From Octopus sinensis (taxonomy: Eukaryota): 64,000 bases of DNA. The translations under genes were made by a program, and so were the position numbers. A model generated the notes under the pieces. It was not told where the DNA came from and ran no database searches. It worked only from the letters and a program-made list of their open reading frames with translations. The stretch spans positions 91,202,001-91,266,000 of the forward strand of contig NC_043004.1 of the NCBI RefSeq assembly GCF_006345805.1, given 5' to 3'. Shown here piece by piece: positions 51,232 through 61,754 of the stretch. Each line of letters opens with the position of its first letter. Position 1 is the first letter of the stretch.

Positions 51232-51729
51232 GAATATTTTTCTTTTCTTTCTAGAAGTCTTTGAAAGTCCAGATTGACCAGTTGAAATGTCAACAAACAG
51301 TGCAAACGTCATATCACCATTTCACTCAGGTAAAAAGGCCATGGAATATTCATACACAACATGTACATACACACAAATGAATGTCTGCTTTTCTGTGTGT
51401 CTGTATGCACATATATACATATATGTGCACACATACACATGCGCACTCTCTCTCGCTTGAAATATTAATGAAGTTATATGCTAAATTATAGAGACCATGG
51501 TTAGATTATTTATCTATGTTCCATTTAGATACGCATAGGTAAGTATAAAAGTATAAATTTTCCCGATTGAATGGTATGTGCATACTATCCGGGGATAGAG
51601 TTGTTGGGGTAAGTCCATGAGTAGTTAATCTAATACCTGAGTAGTGGTAGGGTGGAGTAGATTATTGGAATTCCAATGTGAAATGATTATGAAGATATTA
51701 CAATGGAGAATTAAGGATTATAATATTTA

Positions 51730-51934
51730 AGTCTTATGATATTTAAAGGTTTTAGTTAATTTATGCATGCAAGATGGTTTGAATTCAGATCTTTTATTAA
51801 TTAGTTTGTTTTTATCTTTGAATCTAATGATTTTTAGAAGTTCTACGCAACATAGCTGGCAACCTGTTTTATTATTTTTATAAGCCGCAGCCGATCCAAT
51901 AATGGACCATCTAAGGTTAAATTCGATATTTTTT
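51730..51934 (-). mobile_element. Penelope-like element, C-terminal tail of the GIY-YIG endonuclease region
   Basis: Translation NIEFNLRWSIIGSAAAYKNNKTGCQLCCVELLKII...LINKRSEFKPSCMH matches the recalled PLE pattern I.WSI...Y......C.LC..E..I...LLNKRSE....C.H. Confidence 0.7.
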
Positions 51935-52044
51935 AACAGTCCCACTGCGTGGCACCTTGGGCAAGTGCCTTCTACGATAGCCTCGGGCCGACCAAAGCAT
52001 TGTGAGTGGATTTGGTAGACAGAAACTGAAAGAAGCGCGTCGTA

Positions 52045-52090
<46 letters not shown>

Positions 52091-52626
52091 TGTGTGTGTT
52101 TGTGTGTCTGTGTTTGTCCCTCTAGCATTGCTTGACAACTGATGCTGGTGTGTTTATGTCCCCATCACTTAGCAGTTCGGCAAAAGAGACCGATAGAATA
52201 AGTACTGGGCTTACAAAAGAATAAGTCCCAGGGTCGAGTTGCTCGATTAAAGGCGGTGCTCCAGCATGGCCGCAGTCAAATGACTGAAACAAGTAAAAGA
52301 GTAAAAGAGATCCAATAATGGACCATCTAAGGTTAAATTTGATATTTTTTATTTCATTTGATATATATATATAGATGTATTGTTGATAACAAAAAAAGGA
52401 GAAGGGAAAGAATAAAAGGAAGCTGCATGTATAACACATGACTTAGAAGCAGTGCTACAGATGTGCCAGCACACACGAGATTGCGACGTGGCCGACCTCA
52501 TGCACTTCTCATGAGGAATTCCGGAAGAATCTTTGTGAGACTACTGCTGAGATGTTTCCAGAAAAAAAAAAACTCAGAAAAGCTGTTGGAAAACCGATTA
52601 TAGCAGCGACTCCATCAATTCCTAGG

Positions 52627-52666
52627 GATATCTGGAGAAGGAATTTTTATTCCGAAATATCATATC
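52627..52666 (+). ncRNA. Hammerhead-like motif with CUGGAGA core (AUC site)
   Basis: GAUAU-CUGGAGA-A-GGAAU(UUUU)AUUCC-GAAA-UA-UC-AUAUC. Perfect 5-bp stems I and II, AUAU palindrome. Confidence 0.6.
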
Positions 52667-52817
52667 AGACCATGGATGATTAAATTACTACAGTTATTAT
52701 AATTATAGTCCATTGTTTGCATTATAGTGCATTGTTGTGTCATTCAAAACATTTTATTCGTTATATATATATATATATTCCTCTGTCTTCCCTTCTCTGG
52801 ATCTATCCTTCTCCTAT

Positions 52818-52852
52818 GTTTCCGACGAAGAGCTCCGCTCGAAACGTTAAAC
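52818..52852 (+). ncRNA. Type I minimal hammerhead-ribozyme-like motif (core CCGACGA, GUU site) in a TA-embedded element
   Basis: GUUU-CCGACGA-A-GAGC(UCC)GCUC-GAAA-CG-UU-AAAC. Stem I GUUU/AAAC, stem II GAGC/GCUC, palindromic ACGU helix III. Confidence 0.65.
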
Positions 52853-53510
52853 CCTCCTTCTTCCCTTCCTTCCTGAGTGTCCAATAATACAACATTTCTT
52901 CCACGTCCTCACGTTGTTGTGTTTTCTCTTTGTGTTTTCATGTTTGGATTAACTATATATATATATAGTCCACTCTGCTGAGTAGTTGGTGTTAGGAAGG
53001 GCATCCAGCTTAAAAATCCTGTCAAAACAGTCACAGAAGTTTGGTGCAGGCCTCTGACTGGCTGGCTCCTGTCAAACTGTCCCACCCATGTCAGCATGGA
53101 AGGCAGACGTTAAATGATGATGTTGATGATGATGATGATATTAGGTTGGTTCAGATATATTTGTCACATATTTTAACTTCTGAAGGCAATTTCATTGCAG
53201 TTTACTGTGGAGAGAAATTCTTGCTTATGGTAGAAGATGTAAAAACATCTTATCTGCACAGTGACGTCCTCTATCAGACACCTGGATGCATTTCTGGCTC
53301 TTTGGCCTTCCTCAGTAAGAGATACCAAAGAGAGATAAACCTGAGCAGATTAGAAAGCCATAGCTTTGATCATTTCAGCTGCCTTCAATGAATGCAAATT
53401 ACAACATTTAGATCATGAAAGTGAGAAAAAAAAAAATCATAGCTTTTGAAAGGAAATATTATAGAAACATCTTTTATATTCCATTTTCTTAATAATGAGG
53501 AGTATCTTAC

Positions 53511-53564
53511 CATCAATAACAGCTTCTTTTTTCTTGAGCTTTTGATATTTCAGGAAGCCTTCGC
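53511..53564 (-). CDS. IFT74: IFT74 coding exon (SEGFLKYQKLKKKEAVID)
   Basis: Acceptor tttgtttcag, donor gtaag, 54 nt, phase 1 to 1. Resembles human GEMNQKYKELKKREEHMD. Confidence 0.9.
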
Positions 53565-54265
53565 CTGAAACAAAGAAACATGCATATATAAATATACACA
53601 TGTATATAAAAGGGGTTACTCTACACATACATAATACACACACACTGTCCATTAAGAAAAAGAATAATGAAAGGAACTTAAAATATTTCTTTTTCATATT
53701 TGGTTTGTAAGATTCTTGATGTGAAATCATGTGTTGAAACAGATTTTGTTCTATCTTTGGAGATTCATTATGAACACATGCACAGGCTCTATTTGACTTT
53801 TATTATTATTAGTCAACTAATTAACCATTTAACAAACTGACTAATTGATTGCTTGATTAAACATTCAATCGGCTAGATGTGTCAGAGTTCTTTCATCACA
53901 ATTTATCACCATTTATGACCTCACAAATAACATGCTCTTGCTACTTCAGGTCTGTCAGTCCCCTATGCAAATAGCGATGAAAAGACTCTGATGAATCTAA
54001 CTTATTGATTGATTGATTGATTGATGACTGAATGATTAATCAAGTAATCAATTAGTTAATTAGTGAAACGGTTAACTAATAATAATAAAGAAAAAGAAAA
54101 TAGAACCAGAGCAAGTGTTTGTTATTGGCATAATGACCATCCTCCCAAGCTACAATAAAAGAATTAGCAATAAAAGATAAAAACCAAAAAGGAAAAAAAC
54201 AGTAACAACATTTAATAAAAACTCAAGTAAAATATTTAGCTCTATAATCTTAGAAATGAACTTAC

Positions 54266-54345
54266 TCTGGCTTTCTTGAATGTCAGCTTCCAGTTGCTGC
54301 AAGTCATCTTGTTGTCGTTCGCAGTCATTGTGTAGAGAATTCAGT
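54266..54345 (-). CDS. IFT74: IFT74 coding exon, most 5' exon found (LNSLHNDCERQQDDLQQLEADIQESQ)
   Basis: Acceptor ctactatcag, donor gtaagt, 80 nt, phase 2 to 1. Resembles the recalled human IFT74 segment [20 protein letters not shown] and splices in frame with the following exons. Confidence 0.85.
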
Positions 54346-54697
54346 CTGATAGTAGAATGACAAAAAGTTTGTTACAAAGTATTAAAATATAATACCTCCT
54401 TTCTATATCTCTTAATATATAAGAATTCATTTCCATTTTCCCCCGTTTATTGACTTTCCCAGACCATTTATGAAGTTAATGTACAGGAGGCTACATTGGA
54501 TCAATCATATCCAGTAACAATGTACTTTCACAATTCCATCATGTACTGCTTGCCATCACTCTGTTCCACTCTGTCTACCATCATACTCTTATTTTCCAAC
54601 CCCACACACATCCTGGGTCTCTGTCACTGCCCCATTTCCAGAAACATGTAGCCTTTTATCAGTGTCTTATAATCTTGTGTCAAGCTGCTTTGAATAT

Positions 54698-54909
54698 ATA
54701 TATATATACTGGAGTAAACACATAAATGTGAAACAAGGTGGAAAAAAGAGTACTCAAATACCAGGGGTAGAGTAATATGCTTTATTTCAAAGCAGCAGAA
54801 ATTCAACAAAACCTGAGTTTCATGTTCCCATTCGTCGAACTGTCCGACGAACGGGAACATGAAACTCAGAGTAACAGGTTTTGTTGAATTTCTGCTGCTT
54901 TGAAATAAA

Positions 54910-54911
<2 letters not shown>
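54698..54911. repeat. TA-embedded element with an inverted partial duplication (pseudo-LTR-like)
   Basis: ctttatttcaaagcagcagaaattcaacaaaacctg...ttcgtcg mirrored by cgacgaa...caggttttgttgaatttctgctgctttgaaataaag. Confidence 0.85.
54840..54877 (+). ncRNA. Type I minimal hammerhead-ribozyme-like motif (core CCGACGA, GUA site) in one arm of an inverted repeat
   Basis: CUGU-CCGACGA-ACG(GGAA)CAU-GAAA-CUC(A)GAG-UA-ACAG. The opposite arm has a perfect AUG/CAU stem II. Confidence 0.65.
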
Positions 54912-54947
<36 letters not shown>

Positions 54948-54958
54948 TATATATATAT

Positions 54959-55950
54959 ACAGGGTGTTCAATTTAAAATTTGACTATTGTATTTATTAAT
55001 AGTTATAAAGAATGTGAAAATATATTGGACAAACTTTTATTAAAATGCTCATTTAAAAGTTACAATGTCAAACTGGTTACAAAAGGTGTTGAAATTGTTG
55101 GCCGCCATGTTGTAGACATAAGCCAACATGACGACATTTGTTCTGGAACACACTAATCAAAACTTCATGTGGGATATTTTGGACAATATCAGTAATATCC
55201 ATACACAGTTCATCAAGTGTATGTGGATTCTTTGCAGACACAGCATCCTTGATATAGCCGAAAAAAAAAGAGAAATCAAGAGGTGTTAAGTCTGGCGATC
55301 TGGGTGGCCAGAGGCCTTTTGTGATCAACCTGTGTTCAAAAGTGTGGTTGCTAACATGACAAGTTGCTGAGTCCTGTTGAAGCCATGCGTTACTTTTTCC
55401 ACTCTTGGTTAGCTGCTCAACAAACTGATCAATTATCTCACAATATTGTTCCGACTTCAAGGTTTCTTGGAAAAAAAAAAAAAATCAGTCCTGCTAGTCT
55501 TTGCCTGCTGATAGCCACCCATACACCAATCTTCACTGCATGTAAGGGTGATTTGACCAACTTGTGAGGATTGAGAGCACTCCAGATGCGAGTGTTTTGC
55601 GAATTTAGGTCTCCCGATAGGTGAATCCAAGCCTCTTCACTGAAGAAGGTCATGTCAAGTTGGTTGCCAGCCATGTTTTCTTGAAACCATTTGCAGTAAT
55701 CCAATTTTTAGGTAAAATCAGCAGGAATAAGTTCATGTAAAGAAGACGTGCAGTATGGGTACAATTTCAGCGATTTGCGAAGAGCAGTATGGCAGCTGCC
55801 AACAGAGAATCCAGTTTCATGAGACAAATGCTGCACAGATTTCCTGGGACTGTGAAGAATTCGTTGATGGATATCTTCCACAACATCAGAAAGGCGGGTA
55901 CGTCAGCGAACATATTTCTCGTTTTCAACTGAGCCCGTCTTCCTAAACTT
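54959..55950 (-). mobile_element. Degenerate IS630-Tc1-mariner transposase, probably rosa/DD41D-like
   Basis: FFSEEAWIHLSGDLNSQNTRIW, PLHAVKIGVW, QQDSATCH, WPPRSPDLTPLDF and C-terminal GQQFQHLL. Frameshifted; end tacagggtgttcaat at 54959. Confidence 0.8.
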
Positions 55951-58799
55951 TTTTAATTAGAACATTAATTACCTGCTTTGTTGACTGAGGCATGTTTGGA
56001 TATTCGCTCTTAAAATCAGTAACGCAATTATCAAAGGAGTAAATCCATCGCCTATTGGTAAAAATTCCTGATCTAAAATATGATTCCACAATAAATTAAT
56101 GTTGCTGCACTGATAACACCATTACGACTCCAGAAGAAATCTTGAATGAATATATTATACTTGCAAAAGACGAAAATCAATTTGGCATAGCGAGCCAATA
56201 TTCTGACAGTTAATCAATCGTATCGACTTTTGTATATATAGACACAGACACAGCTATAGGTGTGGGTGTGTGGTTAAGAAGCTGGCTTCCCAATGATATG
56301 GTTTTGGGGCTCAGTACCCACTGCATGACACCTTGGGCAAGTGCCTTCTGCTATAGTCCTTGGCTGACCAAAGTAGATTTGGAGGTGACAAATTGTAAAA
56401 AACTTGTAAAATTGTAAAAAAAGTGGTTGGCGTTAGGAAGGGCATCCAGCTGTAGAAACATTGCCAAATCAGACTGGAGCCTGGTGCAGCCCCTGGCTTC
56501 CCAGACCCCGGTCGAACCGTCCAACCCGTGCTAGCGCGGAAAACGGACGTTAAACGAGGATGATGATGATATTGTTGTTGTTTCATCCTTTAGAAGGAAC
56601 AGTTGTTTGTTCCTTCTCGAGCCACGCCTGGCTCATAAGGGCCGGTTTCCCGGTTTCCTTGGTGTATAGGTTCCCCGCCGGGATGGGACGCGAGTCCGTC
56701 ACAGGTGAGCTGCAAGATGCAGGAGGAAAGAGTGAGAGAAAGTAATGGCGAAAGAGTCCATTAGCTTCTGCCAGAGCTGCGTGGAGCTTAGGTGTTTCAC
56801 TCATAAACACACACATCGCCCGGTCTGAGATTCAAACCCGTGAGTCTGCTGCTCTAACCACTAGGCCATGTGCTGCCACACACACATACATACATACATA
56901 TGTGTTAGTGTGTGTTCTGAGTCCAAATTCTGCTGAGGTTGACCCTGCCTTTCATCCATTTGGTGTTGGTAAAATGGATACCAATTAAGAAATAGGGTCA
57001 ATGTAGTCAACTTACATACCCCTGAGTATAAGTAAATAAATGAAAAAAAACATAAAAAACTGCACTCCTCTGCCATGCCATGTCAAGTAAATGTTGCAGA
57101 GTAGGCTCATCAAACCAGTATGGTTGCAAGCTCAAATTTACAATCTACACATCAGACTTCGAAGAAATTTTAGTTGAATAAATCGACTTATTTTTTTTGA
57201 AGCCTAGTACTTTTGCTGAACTGCTAAGTTACAGGGGACAGACACAAATACACACTCACATATATACAACAAGGCTTTGGTTGGGCCAAGGCTATAGTAA
57301 GAAGATACTTGCGCAAGGTACCATGCAGTGGGACTGAACCTGGTGCCATGTGATTAGGAAGCAAGCTTCCTACCACACAGCCACACCTGCACCTCAAAAA
57401 TATTTTATCACTGTCATCTCTTTTTCTTTTCTGAGCTCAACCAAAAACGACCCCTTTTGATCATGAATGATCATGAGATTGCACCTAGAAAGTTCCCCTT
57501 TCGAGGCACAAGTCCAGGCAAGGTTGTTTATAGAAGACCAGCAGTCACCCATGCATATCAGCCTCCTCTCTTCACACCACTGATGTTATCCAAGGGAAAG
57601 ACAAAGTCCAGTACAGCTTGACACCAGTGATGTCACAACTCATTTCTACAGATGAGTGGACTGGAGTAATGTGAAATTAAGTGCCTTGCTCAAGAACAAA
57701 ATACATGGCTCAGTCTGGGAATTGAACACATTACCTCATGATTGTGAGCCGAATGCTCTAACTGCTGAGCCATAAGCATCAGAAAATTCTCTGCAAGGCC
57801 AGGTCTACAGAAAATCTTTCTTTACATTCTTGCCATTGGCAAAAACAATGGTTTTACTTTTAATACCAGCAAAACCAAAGAGTAAGTCAGGTTTGAGCAC
57901 CTAAGTTACTTTATAAGCATTACCCAACATTCATTAATGACCAACACATTATCACTTCTAGCTACACATACACACTTGTGTTGATGATGGCTATCCTTTA
58001 TCTCTATTCAACCATCTGCACGTATGTGTCATGCACATGCAAGATATATACTGCTTCCATCAACAACAAAAAACCTCATAAAACAATCTACAATAGAAAC
58101 ATGACAGTTTAGTCCCAATAAACAACTTCAATACACATTTACTAAATGTTCCAAACAAACAGTCATGTACCATAAAAATATCCTCAGAATCATTATCAAT
58201 GCTATATCTAGCAACCTTTCAAAATGACCATGCATATGTAACAAACCAAAAACTGTATAACAAAGAATAGTCTATAAAATACCTCTGCCCTGATTAGTTG
58301 ATAACCTCTAAGGAAACTTAATACTACACTGCAGAATTGATCATGGATCTGGGATACTGCTAATGCATTTCCTTCTAAATGCCTTTTCTATATCTATGAC
58401 AAAGAACTCTATTTCTTTGAACTATAAGCTGTCATCTACTTCTGCTATGATATGAGTATGTCAGGTGGGCCTCATCACCTCTGTTTTGTATCAGTTCCTT
58501 TAATCTTAGACACTTTCTCAATTTTTTTCCTCAGAATTCAAATCCACTGTAAACTCTTCCCTCTTCATATTAATGTTTAGCTTCAGCTCAGCCCTGATTG
58601 AGCAGATATTTGAACAAAAGTATTCCAATCATGTTCCCACACTCTTTTTGTACATCTGGATTTACATTGTTTAAAATGGAATTCTTTATTTAAAATGCTA
58701 GAGTGTAATTTCAGAGAGTTGGGCCATAAATCCTAGCAGGTTGAGCAATTGTGTAAAGGCTTCCCCACTCATGGTTTACCTGCAGGGATCATTATACAA

Positions 58800-59285
58800 A
58801 AGTCAATCACACAAGTGATTGGGCATGGATTCACTGAAGCTCCAGCGTCTGGCGATGGACTTGGTAAACACCCACAAAGTTATCAACCACCTCACCAACA
58901 ACAACACTGAACACCTTTTTGATCTCCATGTGTCCAACACACATGGACATGCCTACAAAGTCAGAAAACAGCACAGCTCCCATGACTTTCGGAAACATTT
59001 TTTTCATGCTCAGAGTTGCTGAAGCATGGAACAAACTGCCTGCGTCAGTTGTTGACTGCCATGACACTGCATCCCTTAAGGCCCTCATGCTTTCCGAAAT
59101 CCGCCGAAACTACACCTGATTGTCCCCCTTCCATACTCATACACATATGTGTATGACATGACTCATGCACTGTTCTTTTCCTGATGCTTGTACATTACCC
59201 TATGTACTATACATACACTTTAGATGAGTTGTAGTGCACCTGAGCACTGTACACAATGTTTTATTATTATTATTATTATTATTAT
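58800..59285 (+). mobile_element. CR1-clade LINE 3' end (related copies 35650-35835 and 42495-42770 on minus)
   Basis: NTHGHAYKVRKQHSSHDFRKHFF and LRVAEAWNKLPASVV, 3' UTR gttgtagtgcacctgagcactgtac and (ATT)n tail. Confidence 0.85.
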
Positions 59286-61754
59286 AAGTCTGGTTATATA
59301 AACACTGTACCATAAGCCTGGTCACACAATCATACTACCATAAGTACGGTCTGGAACTGTTCATGTCAGATCTACACCTTAGCTCATTGTATAATATTAT
59401 TTGGCTGCACTCAAACTGTTACATTAACGTGTTGGGTATGTGTGAGATGTATCGCATGTTCCAGAATGGTCAGAGACAAACGTTTGATGACAGTAAAAAA
59501 AAGAATGATAAAGATCTCTCAGTGACCTTCCACTGAATGAAGTGATAACATTCCGAATGTTAGTTGATTATTAGGAATGATTATATCTTTTTAAAAAATA
59601 CTTCTCATGAATAATCCACTTGAAAAACTTACTTTTAATAACTAAATAACTCATTTTCCCAGGAAGTCACTTTACACATATTCGACTGTACAATGAAAAG
59701 TGAGTAGTTCTGAGAAATCATCCACATGGTAAACAAAGGTCAAGTGCTAACCTCCATATAAGTATTCTAAGTATACTGTGATATTGGACAGTTAAGTTTT
59801 ACTAGACACCACTTAACATAACTTCAGTATGTTTCTCATTAATTCTAAATCTGAGTCAAAACTTTCTAACTTTACAACTGTATACCACTACAGCACTGAA
59901 CTGAAAGTAAGACCATGAAATTAGTACTGCACTGGAGTTGTTGCTATCCTCAGACCAGATTTATAATGTGTTGGATGTGTGTGAAATGTATCATCATCAT
60001 CATCGTTTAATGTCCACTTTCCATGCTAGCATGGGTTGGACGGTTCAACTGGGGTCTGGGAAGCCAGAAGGCTGCACCAGGCCCAGTCAGATCTGGCAGT
60101 GTTTCAACAGCTGGATGCCCTTCCTAACGCCAACCACTCCGTGAGTGTAGTGGGTGCTTTTTACGCGCCACCGACACAGATGCCAGACGAGGCTGGCGAA
60201 CGGCCATGCTCGAATGGTGCTTTTTACGTGCCACCGGCACGGAGGCTAGGCAAGGCTGGCAACGGCCATGATCGGATGGTGTTGAGAATAAAGTGCCTCT
60301 TGGCTATGGATGTGATAAAGTTCCATTGAGAATCTTGACTAATTGCATGACAGACATTCTGTTTATAAATAAGTGGAATAACACTAGGTATAGGCATGGC
60401 TGTGTGATTTGGAAGTTTGCTTTGCAATGACATGGATTTAAGTTCAATCCCACTGATAGGCACTTATGACAAATATCTTCCACTATAGCCCTGAGCTGAC
60501 CAATGTCTTGTAAGGGAATTTGGTAGATGGAAACTGTGTGCTGTGAATATATACATACATACATACATATATACAATGTGTATGTTTGTATGTATGTATG
60601 TTATACACACACACACACATGCATGTATCTTTCATCGTTTATCTTTTACTTGTTTCAGTCATTTGACTGCGGCCATGCTGGAGCACCGCCTTTAATCGAA
60701 CAACTCGACCCCGGGACTTATTCTTTTGTAAGCCCAGTACTTATTCTATCGGTCTCTTTTGCTGAACCGCTAAGTAATGGGGACATAAACACACCAGCAT
60801 CGGTTGTCAAGCAATGCTAGGGGGACAAACACAGACACACAAACACACACACGCATATATATATATATACATATATACGACGGGCTTCTTTCAGTTTCTG
60901 TCTATCAAATTCACTCAAAGTGCCACGCAGTGGGACTGAACCCGGAATCATGTGGTTGGTAAACAAGCTACTTACCACACAGCCACTCCGTGACTGAAAC
61001 CTTTGGCAATATACCATGTTTGAGAACACCCATCAAGCCAAGTGAGATTGTAGTTGTGGCTGATGCGAGCGTTGCATACCTGGCACCCATGCCGGTGTCA
61101 TGTAAAATGCAGCCTTCAAACTTTGGGCCTCACAGAGGTAGTGAGAAGTGACTGAGACCTTTGGCAATGCACTGTGCTTGAGAAGACCTGTCAAACCAAG
61201 TGAGATCAGAGTCATGGCAGATGCCAGGAGTTTTGTAAGTGACACCTGTGCCCGTGGCATGTAAAAAGCACCCACTAGACTCTTGGAGTGGTTGGTGTTA
61301 GGAAGGGTATCATCATCATAATCATCATCATCCAGCTGTAGAAACCATGCCAAATCAGACTGAAACCTGGTGCAGCTCCCCAGCTTTTCAATCAAACTGT
61401 CCAACCCATGCCAACATGGAAAACGGACATTAAATGATGATGATGACATATGTGTGTGTATGTGTGTATAATATATATATATATATATATGTGTGTGTGT
61501 ATAATATATATATATATATATCATTTCTTTACTACCCACAAGGGGCTAAACACAGAGGGGACAAACACAGACAGACAAACGGATTAAGTCGATTACATCG
61601 ACCCCAGTGCGTAACTGGTACTTATTTAATCGACCCCGAAAGGATGAAAGGCAAAGTCAACCTCGGTGGAATTTGAACTCAGAAAGTAATGGCAGACGAA
61701 ATACTGCAAAGCATTTCGCCCGGCGTGCTAATGTTTCTGCCAGCTCGCTGCCCT

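Noticed and set aside
53041-53391. 116-aa plus-strand ORF with an internal acceptor-like site
   Set aside because: Starts in an RTE 3' UTR fragment; no good donor or recognisable homology.
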